A stretch of 39,508 nucleotides of DNA, from the IMG/VR virus record IMGVR_UViG_3300012682_000009, positions 1-39,508 of that record. One strand, written 5' to 3'. The position numbers were made by a program, and so were the translations under genes. Positions within the stretch are counted from its first letter, which is position 1, and every line of letters starts with the position of its first letter. The notes beneath the pieces are model-generated. The model did no database searches, had not been told where the DNA came from, and saw nothing but the letters and a program-made list of their open reading frames with translations. The DNA is from a virus. Its lineage: Duplodnaviria > Caudoviricetes. Shown here in pieces: positions 17,556 through 25,834 of this stretch.

Positions 17556-17615
17556 GTTCGACTCTCATCCAGTCGGGCCACGCCCCGGGGAGTGTTTGCG
17601 CACTCGCCGGGGTCT
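17556..17615 (-). promoter_or_regulatory. Double-hairpin leader of the HNH gene
   Basis: CCCCGG-CGAGTG-CGCAAA-CACTC-CCCGGGG, then CGACT-GGATGAG-AGTCG just before the ATG. Confidence 0.5.
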
Positions 17616-17724
17616 CATTGTGTTCACCTAATCGCGCGAAAGCGACTCAGGACTTAGCAATGCGACCGCCCTCACCCTCGGTCCTTGGCTCAGGGGATGA
17701 TCTTGGGCCATCCCCCACCCCGTC

Positions 17725-18078
17725 TCACGCCCTGTCGGCCCACCCTCCGGGCTGGTGACGTGCAGTCGAACGGTCATGACAGGGCTTACACAGACCGCGC
17801 CCTGCTCTCGGGTTGTCGGGGTCGCGTCCGAGCGCCACGAGGTCGCGGCGGCTGGTCGGGTAGTGGTCAGCGACCGTGCTGCGTGCCATTGCACACACCG
17901 TGCAGGTCGGGTCGCGACGTAGTACCGCGGCCCTGAAGCGTCGGTGTCCTGGTCCTTTGTAGCCGCGTTGCGCTGCTGTCCCGCGCTGCTGGTCGGCGTT
18001 GGTGCGGCAGGCGGCGCAGCGGCCACCGTCGGTCAGGGTGGGGCATGAAGGCGTGCTGCACACTCGTCGGGCTGCCAT
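17725..18078 (-). CDS. Packaging-associated HNH endonuclease (HK97 gp74-like)
   Basis: CSTPSCP...RGY...VLRRDPTCTVC...VADHYP...GLCKPCHDRST; upstream of the terminase genes. Confidence 0.85.
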   Translation of the reverse strand: MAARRVCSTPSCPTLTDGGRCAACRTNADQQRGTAAQRGYKGPGHRRFRAAVLRRDPTCTVCAMARSTVADHYPTSRRDLVALGRDPDNPRAGRGLCKPCHDRSTARHQPGGWADRA

Positions 18079-18079
18079 G

Positions 18080-18244
18080 TCACGGGTGCGCCAGTGTCGA
18101 GCGCAACTCGAGCGTCTGGTCGAGCAGCCGGTATGCCCGGTCGGCTTCCTCACGGTCCCCATCAAGGTCGGCTTGCTCGTACCTGGCCCAGAGTGCGAGT
18201 AGGCGCCGGTCGCATTCGGTGATGGTGGGGAGGGCGACGGTCAC
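18080..18244 (-). CDS. Hypothetical protein (54 aa)
   Basis: GGAGG RBS before GTG 18244; stop adjacent to HNH start. Confidence 0.55.
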   Translation of the reverse strand: MTVALPTITECDRRLLALWARYEQADLDGDREEADRAYRLLDQTLELRSTLAHP

Positions 18245-18321
18245 CGGCTGCCTCCCGTTCGTGCTCGGGGGACAGGTGTGCCAACTCCCCAGATATAAGC
18301 ACACCGTTGTCATTCATGGCG

Positions 18322-19401
18322 TTAGGCTGTCCGTCGGCGTGTCTTGCGCTCGTCGTGTGCCGCCGTGACGCCATCGACGTGGACGAACACCACGCCGCCG
18401 CGCTGGACCCATGAGCACAGGCCGTCGCGTTGCGCCCACACCCTCAGCGTGTGGGGGCTGCGCTGCAACTCCCGGCCCAATGACTCTGGGGTCGCGTACG
18501 CCTCGCCCTCGACGTCGATGCGGCTCGCGTCCTGGGCTGCGTTCCGGCAGGCCAGCCGGTAGCGGGCTTCGGTGTACTGCTCACGGCAGGCCGAACAGGT
18601 CGCGTGGTCTTCTTCGATCTCGCCGGTCCGTTCGGTCGGCTCGATCAGGTGCGCTGGCAGCGGACCTTCGGCGCCAGGCACCCACCACTGGTAGACCGTG
18701 GCCTCGGCCGTGTAGGGGATCACCCGTCGGACAAGGTCGTTGCCGCACTCGAAGCACGATGCCCCGGCCTTGGTGGGTTTGCGGGTGCGCCCGGTGACGG
18801 CCTCAAGTTGGAGGCGTAGGGATCGCATCTCGGTGGCGTAGGAGTCGAAGGCGTCGTGCGTGTTCGCGGCCCATCGTGACTGAACCTCGAGGTAGCCGGC
18901 TACTCCGTCGAAGGTGGGGTCGAGCGTGTCGTCCCGAGCCTCAGCCCAGTCGAGCGCCCATGACAGTAGGGACCAGTGGACGCTGGGTGGGTCGCTGGGG
19001 TCGTTGTCGATGCTGTGCTCGCGGCCTTCCTCGCCGCGCTCCCGGTCGAGTTTCGTGAGCTGCCGCGGCCTGTGGCCGTCGTTGCCCGGGCCGAGCATCG
19101 CCATGATCGTCCCGCCGGGCAGCGTGTGCTCATCCCCGCCGCGCCGGCCGAAGGTCTGCCCGGAGGGCTGGCCGAGATGGGCGGGGAGCTCGGCCCACAA
19201 AGTCACGATGAGGGCGAGGTCGGCTCTGGTTGAGGTCAAGTCCTGCTCACAAACCTGCGGCTCGTGCTCGGTGAGGCTCTGTCCGCAGCAGATACAACGG
19301 GGATGCCCGGCGCTGACAGCGTGGGCGTCGAACTGCGTTGCCCTGTCCTCGTCGGCGTCTGGGTCTGGCCTCCAGTCGCATCGCTGGCAACGAAGGTTCA
19401 C
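18322..19401 (-). CDS. Zn-ribbon plus C-terminal HTH protein, putative late transcription regulator
   Basis: GTGA-coupled start 19401; CQRC, CICC, CFECG, CSAC; C-terminal ATPESLGRELQRSPHTLRVWAQR; last early gene. Confidence 0.6.
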   Translation of the reverse strand: MNLRCQRCDWRPDPDADEDRATQFDAHAVSAGHPRCICCGQSLTEHEPQVCEQDLTSTRADLALIVTLWAELPAHLGQPSGQTFGRRGGDEHTLPGGTIMAMLGPGNDGHRPRQLTKLDRERGEEGREHSIDNDPSDPPSVHWSLLSWALDWAEARDDTLDPTFDGVAGYLEVQSRWAANTHDAFDSYATEMRSLRLQLEAVTGRTRKPTKAGASCFECGNDLVRRVIPYTAEATVYQWWVPGAEGPLPAHLIEPTERTGEIEEDHATCSACREQYTEARYRLACRNAAQDASRIDVEGEAYATPESLGRELQRSPHTLRVWAQRDGLCSWVQRGGVVFVHVDGVTAAHDERKTRRRTA

Positions 19402-19628
19402 ACTGACCTCTCGGCGCGTCGCTCGCGGTGTTCCGTGTGCCACCATGCTGCGGCGTCGAAGACGTACAGCGGGCCGAAGTTGTCCCACAGCCACTGAATC
19501 CCGGCGCTCTTGATTCCGCCGTAGTCGGCTCGGGTGACCATCCCGCCGTCATGGACCACGAACCAGACCAGACCGGAGATGTCTACGACGTGATGGGCCT
19601 TCGTGATCTCGGCCGGGACCGCGCTCAC
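19398..19628 (-). CDS. Hypothetical protein (76 aa)
   Basis: GTGA overlaps at both ends. Confidence 0.6.
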   Translation of the reverse strand: MSAVPAEITKAHHVVDISGLVWFVVHDGGMVTRADYGGIKSAGIQWLWDNFGPLYVFDAAAWWHTEHRERRAERSV

Positions 19629-19981
19629 CGTCCGGGCCATTCGGTGGCTTGTTCGATGACCTCGCGGATGCTCCGGGCGAGATGGGCGGGTCCGCCGGGA
19701 TGGTGCTGCTCTGTGTGCTGGCACATGGCGAGGATGGTGCGGAGGGTCGCAGCGAGGTCGGCGTGGCGGTTTTGCCATTCGTGCAGGTCGGCCATGTCGG
19801 CTTCGACGTAGTACCCGTCGGCGGTCATCGGCTGGTCTCTATGTCGTCGCGGGCGGCGAGAGCCTCGGGTGTCATGGAGGGCGCGGACCGGGTGGGGTTC
19901 GCTGTTGTAGGCGTCGCCGCTCCACGCCCAGGTGTCGTCCTGCTCCCCGTCGGGGTCGGGGTGGGCCATCGGCTGGGTCAT
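19625..19981 (-). CDS. Hypothetical protein(s); possibly two genes joined by a 1-nt indel
   Basis: ATGA-coupled start; alternative frame ...MTPEALAARDDIETSR* ends in an ATGA overlap with internal MTADGYY. Confidence 0.5.
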   Translation of the reverse strand: MTQPMAHPDPDGEQDDTWAWSGDAYNSEPHPVRALHDTRGSRRPRRHRDQPMTADGYYVEADMADLHEWQNRHADLAATLRTILAMCQHTEQHHPGGPAHLARSIREVIEQATEWPGR

Positions 19982-20331
19982 CGGTAGCCCGCCGCGGCGA
20001 GGAGGTCGCAGAGCTGCCCGAAGGTGAGGACCGCGTACCAGTCGCTGACGTTCGTCGTCCCGCGTTTCTTCGCGACGACCGCGCCGACCGCAGCGTTCGC
20101 GTTGCGCTGTTCGGTGAGGGCTTCGGCGAGCCAGCCGGCGAGGTCGTGGGCCTTCTCGTTCTTGACCTCGATTACCGCAGCCCCGGCGATGCCGTAGACG
20201 CCAGCGACGTCCCCCTTGTCGTAGGAGCCGGACAGGGTGCGGCGTTCGGCGTGCGGCCACCCCCGCCGGACCAGCTCGGCGACGACGGCGCTCTCGGCGG
20301 CGGTGCCCTTGGCTTTGCTCCTGTTCACCAT
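19978..20331 (-). CDS. Holliday junction resolvase (Hjc-like PD-(D/E)XK)
   Basis: SKAKGTAAE...AERR...DKGDV...VIEVKN. Confidence 0.85.
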   Translation of the reverse strand: MVNRSKAKGTAAESAVVAELVRRGWPHAERRTLSGSYDKGDVAGVYGIAGAAVIEVKNEKAHDLAGWLAEALTEQRNANAAVGAVVAKKRGTTNVSDWYAVLTFGQLCDLLAAAGYR

Positions 20332-20354
20332 CGGGCCACCTCCACGGGGTCGCT

Positions 20355-20582
20355 CTGTCCCCTGTTCTGACCTGTCCCGAGCACCTGTCCCCCTCCTAGG
20401 GAGAGGGGGACGGGGACAGGTGCCCTCAGAGGACCTGTCCCGGGGTGTCCCCGAGCATCGGGGACAGCGTCATAACGCTCTGACCTGCGGTTATGCATCG
20501 AAAGCCTCCGACTGTCCCGGGCTGTCCCCGACCATCGGGGACAGGTGCTCTGAGGGGGCGCTGTCCCCGACCTCGGGGACAG
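20355..20582. repeat. Putative replication origin: clustered TGTCCC/GGGACA repeats
   Basis: About 12 direct and inverted copies spanning the helicase 3' end and downstream gap. Confidence 0.7.
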
Positions 20583-21978
20583 CGGAATACGGCCTGTTCT
20601 GCCTGATCGAGAGGACGTCGCCGAGCAGCTTCGTGCCGAGTTTCAGGCCCGCCGCCCGGATGATCGGGGTGATCGTCGGGCGGCCTGCGTCGTTCGGGGT
20701 GCGGGCTTTGTCGAGGACTTCGACGGCCTTGTCGACCTTGATCCGCACCGATGCCTGCCGGCCTTCGGCGTCGACCCGGTGGCGTAGCGGGCCGATCTCC
20801 CGGTGCAGGACGAGGGTCTTCTCGTGGATCGGCATCCGGGCGGCTTCGCAGTCGAGGCGGTAGCTGTCGTCGGTGAGCCGGCTCATCCGCCAGACCGCAT
20901 CGACGTCGCCGCTCTTGGCGCTGCCCCCGCGCTGCCCTTTGCTTTCGTCTTTGCCGGCGTGGTCGAGGCGGACCATGGCGATGCCTTGCTGTTTCATCCG
21001 TAGGCCGGTGTGCCGGTAGAACGACAGCCAGGTGTCGTTTTCGTTCTCCTCCCCGGCGATGCTGCGGCTGACGGTGTCGATGACGACGACCTCACACTGG
21101 TATTCGGCGACGGCGGCCATGAGCTCCCGCCCGCCGAGGTCGCTGTCGAGGGCGTTGAGGGTCGGGAATGAGAGGTAGTGCAACCAGCCGAGGTCGGCCG
21201 GGCCGACCCCCATGGCTTGCAGCCGCTCCCGGATGTCGGCTTTCGGGTCGTTCTCGAAGTCGACGTAGAGGACCCGCCGCGGCCGGTCGATGTTGACGCC
21301 GAGGACCGGCCGGCCGGTGCAGATGGCGACGGCCAGCTCGAGCATGAGCAGGCTCTTGCCGACCTTCGGGGCGCTGTAGAGGGCGACGAGCCGCCGGGCG
21401 GGTAGTAGCGGCTCGATGATCCATTCTTCGGTGCTGTCGTCGTCCCACAGAGCTTGCCAGTCGAGGGTGGGGAGTCGTTCCCGGATGAGGGCCGAGAGCG
21501 CCGCTGCGTCGTCCTCCGGGTCGGCGCCGAGGACTTCCCCGGTCTCCGGGTCGATGCGTTCGGCCGGTCGTTCGGCTACTGGCAGCGCCCGGAGCCAGGA
21601 GTCGACATCGACGGGCGCCGGTACGCCTCGCGGTGTGGCTTGCCCGCCGGCTAGACCGGAGGCGATGGTGAGCCGGATCTCGCGGTCTTCGAGGCCGGCC
21701 TGGCGGGCGCCGTGACTGAGGGTGTCGACGACGTCGGCTTCGTCGAGGGCGCCGCCTGCGACGAGCTGGCCGAGGCTGTATGCGGCCCGGTTGAGAGCGT
21801 GGTTGCGGGTGCCTTCGGGGGCGTCGATGACCCGTTGGGCTTCCTGTTCGAGCGCGGATGCGGCGTAGGCGGTGTCGGGTGCGGCGCTACCGAGCAGGAT
21901 GGCCGGGCGGGCCGCGGGGGTGGGCTTGGCGCGGGGGAAGACGGCTTCGATGACGGCGAACGGGTCGACGGCGGTCAC
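20491..21978 (-). CDS. Replicative helicase (RecA-like AAA_25) with N-terminal PriCT-like domain
   Basis: APEGTRNHALNRAAYSLG helical domain; Walker A SAPKVGKS, VLYVDFEN, Walker B VVVIDT, HAGKD...RGGSAK; GTGA-coupled start 21978. Confidence 0.88.
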   Translation of the reverse strand: MTAVDPFAVIEAVFPRAKPTPAARPAILLGSAAPDTAYAASALEQEAQRVIDAPEGTRNHALNRAAYSLGQLVAGGALDEADVVDTLSHGARQAGLEDREIRLTIASGLAGGQATPRGVPAPVDVDSWLRALPVAERPAERIDPETGEVLGADPEDDAAALSALIRERLPTLDWQALWDDDSTEEWIIEPLLPARRLVALYSAPKVGKSLLMLELAVAICTGRPVLGVNIDRPRRVLYVDFENDPKADIRERLQAMGVGPADLGWLHYLSFPTLNALDSDLGGRELMAAVAEYQCEVVVIDTVSRSIAGEENENDTWLSFYRHTGLRMKQQGIAMVRLDHAGKDESKGQRGGSAKSGDVDAVWRMSRLTDDSYRLDCEAARMPIHEKTLVLHREIGPLRHRVDAEGRQASVRIKVDKAVEVLDKARTPNDAGRPTITPIIRAAGLKLGTKLLGDVLSIRQNRPYSAVPEVGDSAPSEHLSPMVGDSPGQSEAFDA

Positions 21979-22388
21979 AGGGGCATCGCGGGCCGGACCT
22001 TGCGGCGGTAGTACGCCGCGCTCTGAGCCTTGCGGCAGGTTCGACATTGGATGACGCCAGTCGACTGCCATGTCGTGTTGGTATCGGTGTATGCGTGGCC
22101 GTTCACGCACGACGTAGGCCGAATGCGAACGGCTCGACGGTTGTTCTCGGCACGGGTGACAGCCTCTAGATGGTCCGGCCGGACGCACGCTCGATTGCGA
22201 CATAGGTGGTCTGTGACGAGTCCGTCAGGGATCGGCCCGTAGGCGTGGGCGTAGCTGAGCCTGTGGGCAAGCCGTGATCGACCAGCGAACCGGAACAGTC
22301 CGTAGCCTGAGGTGTTGAGGCATCCGGCCCACGTCCAGCAGCCTTCGGTGATGGCGACCTTGGACCAGTAGCGGGCGTCGAGGTTCAC
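21975..22388 (-). CDS. HNH homing endonuclease (HNH_3-like), intact
   Basis: RYWSKV...CWTWAG...GYG...AHRLSY...DHLCRNRACVRPDHLEAVTRAENNRR, C-terminal CVNGH...CRTC. Confidence 0.92.
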   Translation of the reverse strand: MNLDARYWSKVAITEGCWTWAGCLNTSGYGLFRFAGRSRLAHRLSYAHAYGPIPDGLVTDHLCRNRACVRPDHLEAVTRAENNRRAVRIRPTSCVNGHAYTDTNTTWQSTGVIQCRTCRKAQSAAYYRRKVRPAMPL

Positions 22389-23071
22389 GCGACCGGCTCC
22401 GCTGCACCAGGCATCGCGGGTCGGGTGAGCCAGGAGTAGCGGGCGCCGGACAGTCCAACGCTCGGTGGAGCGACAACGAATCCCCCTCGCCCCCGAAAGT
22501 CGATGGCTTCCCCGCCGATGCCGGCGGCGTTGCCTTTGCCGGTCGCGGGAATATAAAGATGACGGCCCGGTCCTCGTTCCACGCCGTTACCGGGAGTGAA
22601 GGCGTGAGCGCGAATGTCAAACGGTCCTGGCGCAGGGCAGAACTGAACGTCGCAGCAACCGGGCGTGCATTCCGCGTGCTTGATTGTCGACCACGCCCGG
22701 ATGCCAGCCGGGCCGTCGAGATCCACGACGTCGTAGCCGCAGCCGCCGGTGTCGGCCGGTCCGGTCGGGATACCGATGTTCGCGTCAGGCCACCGCTCCC
22801 ACCACGCGGTGACTTGCCCGACCTCGACGGTGGCGTCTTTGAAGCCGTGGGCGGTGATCGGCTTCTTGCCGCGGGGCTTCAACGGGAAGACAGGCCAGCC
22901 GAGCTTTGTGGCGTACCAGAGGGCGGCGGCGCCCATGCTGATCGTCCGGGCTTTGCTGAGCACTTCGGCGGCGTCTACGGCGGCGATCAGGTCTGAGAGC
23001 GCCGGCTCGTCGAGGGTGGTCATGTGTGCGGCGAGGGCGTCGTCGTCGAGGTCGGTGCCTGGTGGGAGCAT
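22385..23071 (-). CDS. Bifunctional DNA primase/polymerase (Prim-Pol)
   Basis: GWPVFPLKPRGKKP...GFKDAT...WPDANIGIPTG...VVDLD...GRHLY...IDFRGRGGFVVAPPS. Confidence 0.92.
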   Translation of the reverse strand: MLPPGTDLDDDALAAHMTTLDEPALSDLIAAVDAAEVLSKARTISMGAAALWYATKLGWPVFPLKPRGKKPITAHGFKDATVEVGQVTAWWERWPDANIGIPTGPADTGGCGYDVVDLDGPAGIRAWSTIKHAECTPGCCDVQFCPAPGPFDIRAHAFTPGNGVERGPGRHLYIPATGKGNAAGIGGEAIDFRGRGGFVVAPPSVGLSGARYSWLTRPAMPGAAEPVA

Positions 23072-23121
23072 CCGTGCTGCCGCCTTCTGCTCGTGATGGG
23101 GTTGGGGTCGGTGGTTGAGTG

Positions 23122-23151
23122 CCGGGCCGGGTGCGTCAACACCCGGCCCGG
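23122..23151. terminator. GC-rich hairpin downstream of the SSB gene
   Basis: CCGGGCCGGGTG-CGTCAA-CACCCGGCCCGG perfect 12-bp stem; no U-tract. Confidence 0.4.
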
Positions 23152-23161
23152 CGGACCTCGT

Positions 23162-23557
23162 CTAGAACGGCGGCTCGGAGTCATCGGCCGGCGCCGGGGT
23201 GGCCTTCGCGCCCGCCGCGGCCTTCGCCTTGCCACCCCGGATCACGGTCACGTCGAAGACTTTGAGTGTTTTGCCGCCCGGGCGCCGCTGGACTTCGGTG
23301 AGGGTGACGCTCAGGTGGTCGCCGATCTCCGGGCGCTGCTCAGCGAGCGCCAGCTTCAACCGGACCTGGCCGGCGGTGAGGATCTTGTCCTCGCCCTGGT
23401 CGTCGGTGATGTCGAGCTGTGGGCTGACGCTGCCGTCATCCCATGTTTTACGGCCGATGCTGGTGATGTGGCCGGCGACGCTGTCCCCGACGTTCGTGAA
23501 CTTGACGAACTCGCTGTCGCTCGGCTTGAAGTCCGGGTCGTCCCAGATGCTGCTCAT
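23162..23557 (-). CDS. Putative single-stranded DNA-binding protein
   Basis: OB-fold-like beta pattern (VKFTNVGDSVAGHI), acidic tail DDSEPPF; between exonuclease and primase. Confidence 0.7.
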   Translation of the reverse strand: MSSIWDDPDFKPSDSEFVKFTNVGDSVAGHITSIGRKTWDDGSVSPQLDITDDQGEDKILTAGQVRLKLALAEQRPEIGDHLSVTLTEVQRRPGGKTLKVFDVTVIRGGKAKAAAGAKATPAPADDSEPPF

Positions 23558-23626
23558 GGTGCGGTCCTGCTCTCTGTGATGGGGTTGGGGTTGGGTGCCG
23601 GTGAGGCCCGACCGGCGGCGGGAGTC

Positions 23627-24778
23627 TCAGGCGGCGGTCGCCGACGCGGTCAGTTGCTGCTTACGGGCGCTGAACGCTGCCTTCACCTCGTCGGTCCACC
23701 GGCCCTCGGTGACAGCCCGCTGGTACAGGGCCATCAGTTCGTCGGCGGTACCCGTCAGGCTCGCGGCGAGCAGGATGTCTAGCGGCTGGGTGCTGGGGAG
23801 GGCGCGGGGAGCGAGCGGCTTGCCGATGGCGGCTTTCGCGGCGAGCTTGGCGACCCACCATGCGTGCAGGGACTTGAAGTGGGCAGCAGCCTTGCCTAGG
23901 TCGATGGGGTAGAGCCGGACGCCGTCGGGCTTGATGCTGACGATCAGCCCGCCGTCGACCTCGGGCAGCCGCTGGCGCTCCGGTCCGTCCGGTCCCTCGA
24001 CCAGCATGTAGTCGGCGCTGGCGTAGCCGCCGAGCTGCGCCGACTCCTCCGGGTAGGCGCTGTGGTCGCTGTCGGCACCCCGGCTTTTCCAGTCCACCCA
24101 GTAGGTCTTGCCGTCGATGCGGATCAGCCCGTCGCTGGTGCCGCCGTAGCCGATGCCGTGCAGTCCGCGGTTGATGCAGACCACCTCGGCGGCGACCATC
24201 TCCGGCTGGTGGGTGCTGAGGAAGGAGCGGACGGCGGGGAGATACTCCGACCCCGGCTCACCGTCCATCCATGCCTTCACCGGCTGCCCGCGCAGACCGC
24301 ACTCTAGGTAGGTGTGGACGTTGGTGCCACGGTCCTGTGCCTGCTTCAGCCCCAGCTTGTTGATGGCTTTGAGCCGCTCGTAGAGGGCGTCGTATTCGAG
24401 GCTGTTGAGGCAGTCGGGCTTCTCGGCGAGGGCGAGCGCGACCCGCTTAAGTCCGACGAACGTCCAGTCGTTGCTACTGGCGTTCTTGATCGCGCTGACG
24501 CTGGGCCAGGTGTCGGAGCCCTCGGTGACGGCGGGGGCGACTTCGCAGGCGGGCAACGGGTCGGTGTACCAACGGTCGCCGTAGCGCCCCACTTTGACTC
24601 GGTAGTGGTCAGCGTCGGCGGGGCCGCGCAGGACAGTGTTGGGCATCGGAACCTCCATTGGTCGGGCGGTGCAGGTGAGCCGGTGGGATAGGACGGGGTG
24701 ATGCGTGTTCATGGGCTGGTTACTGCGCGGGTTGATGACCCGTGCGCCGCATCGGGGGCACGGGCCGGCCGCCGTCAC
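23627..24778 (-). CDS. PD-(D/E)XK (Cas4/RecE-like) exonuclease; alternative start 24646
   Basis: WPSVSAI...RGTNVH...YGGTSDGL...VDWKS...QLGGY; GGAGG RBS before ATG 24646. Confidence 0.85.
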   Translation of the reverse strand: MTAAGPCPRCGARVINPRSNQPMNTHHPVLSHRLTCTARPMEVPMPNTVLRGPADADHYRVKVGRYGDRWYTDPLPACEVAPAVTEGSDTWPSVSAIKNASSNDWTFVGLKRVALALAEKPDCLNSLEYDALYERLKAINKLGLKQAQDRGTNVHTYLECGLRGQPVKAWMDGEPGSEYLPAVRSFLSTHQPEMVAAEVVCINRGLHGIGYGGTSDGLIRIDGKTYWVDWKSRGADSDHSAYPEESAQLGGYASADYMLVEGPDGPERQRLPEVDGGLIVSIKPDGVRLYPIDLGKAAAHFKSLHAWWVAKLAAKAAIGKPLAPRALPSTQPLDILLAASLTGTADELMALYQRAVTEGRWTDEVKAAFSARKQQLTASATAA

Positions 24779-25023
24779 GGGTGCCCCGCCTCAGCGCAAG
24801 GGCAGTCGGTGTAGCCGTCCCGGTCCCATACGCGCCCGAGGCAGTAGTCGCAGTCCCCGAGCTGGCATTCAGGGCATGGCGTCGGGTCTATGTCCTGGTA
24901 GCAGTCGGTGCAGTACCCGAGCGGCTCCCTGTCGCCGTCGAGCGCTCGGATGCAAGGCCCGTGGTGCGCCGGGTGGCTGGCGTAGCCGTCGCCGACGTAA
25001 TGTGTGCGGTCGTCGGCGCTCAT
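24775..25023 (-). CDS. Cys-rich hypothetical protein
   Basis: CTDC, CPEC, CDYC, CPC; overlap-coupled. Confidence 0.6.
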   Translation of the reverse strand: MSADDRTHYVGDGYASHPAHHGPCIRALDGDREPLGYCTDCYQDIDPTPCPECQLGDCDYCLGRVWDRDGYTDCPCAEAGHP

Positions 25024-25289
25024 GCTTTGCCCGACCAAGGGTTAGCGCGGCCCGCTCGGGTCGTCAGTGAGGCCCGGATGGCGGCGTCGACCTCGTCAGG
25101 GTCGAACGTGACGCGGGCGCCACCGTCGACCGCAATGCCGCTGCCGGTGCATCGCACGCCGTCCATCTGATGGGTGCGTCGACGACCGGACTCCAAGATG
25201 GTTACGACCTGCTGGCAGTGAGGGCAGGTCCTGTCGGCCATCGGCTTCGGTGCCCGCCGGTAGACCCGGGCGCCGCTACGTGTGCTCAC
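25020..25289 (-). CDS. Zn-ribbon hypothetical protein (89 aa)
   Basis: GTG 25289; CPHC...RTHQMDGVRCTGSG; overlap-coupled. Confidence 0.6.
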   Translation of the reverse strand: MSTRSGARVYRRAPKPMADRTCPHCQQVVTILESGRRRTHQMDGVRCTGSGIAVDGGARVTFDPDEVDAAIRASLTTRAGRANPWSGKA

Positions 25290-25439
25290 GCCGCACCGCC
25301 GAACAGGTGATCTGAGCCGAGGGGACGGTTCGACCACAGGACCTCGGTGCGGCGGTCGTTGCGCTCGGCGCTGTGGTTGCCCTGGCCGGTGTAGGGTCGT
25401 CTTGCCGCCGTAGTAGGCGAACGGTGGGGCGAGGGTCAC
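25286..25439 (-). pseudogene. Internally deleted Dam-type DNA adenine methyltransferase remnant
   Basis: N-terminus MTLAPPFAYYGGKTTL joined out of frame to C-terminus ...RRTEVLWSNRPLGSDHLFGGAA*; GTGA overlaps retained at both ends. Confidence 0.75.
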
Positions 25440-25834
25440 GCCGCCCGCCTCGCCTTGTACCGGGCGGCGTCGTACGTCCGTTGCGCGTTCCGGCATTCCG
25501 AGCACGGTGGCTCGTTGGCGGCACGATGCCGGGCGAAGCCGGACCGGGTCCCGCAGCCGGCCGGGGTTGCCGAGGTCGACCGGAGTCCCATCTTCCGGCG
25601 CCGGTTCCGGACTTGTGTCCATGTGGTCCCGGTCGCGTTCGCCATCTGCCGGTCAGTCCAGCCACGCCGGTTCAGGTCGCGGACAGCAGCGTCCAACTCG
25701 TCCAACGCTGCCGGCCGGTGTTCTTCGGCGGCGAGCGTGTGATGCTCAGCGAGGTGCGGCCGGCACATCAGCCAGGTGTCAGCGACCGCGGTGGCAGGCT
25801 TGTCGCAGGCCGCCCAGGAGCAGGTGCCGGTCAT
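25436..25834 (-). CDS. HTH plus Zn-finger DNA-binding protein
   Basis: RRGWTDRQMANATGTTWTQVRNRRRKMGL HTH; CGTRSGFARH...EPPCSEC. Confidence 0.7.
   Translation of the reverse strand: MTGTCSWAACDKPATAVADTWLMCRPHLAEHHTLAAEEHRPAALDELDAAVRDLNRRGWTDRQMANATGTTWTQVRNRRRKMGLRSTSATPAGCGTRSGFARHRAANEPPCSECRNAQRTYDAARYKARRAA

Noticed and set aside
21979-22203. ORF-track extended starts (helicase 22203, terS 16950, endolysin 34906, tail fibre 37946)
   Set aside because: Extensions overlap upstream genes; internal starts have an SD or a 4-bp coupling overlap.
23576-23596. G-quadruplex in GGGGTTGGGGTTGGG
   Set aside because: Only three G-tracts; the duplicated-motif interpretation is reported instead.
23627-24778. 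Cas4 as evidence of CRISPR-Cas
   Set aside because: Stand-alone phage recombination exonuclease next to SSB; no other cas genes or array.
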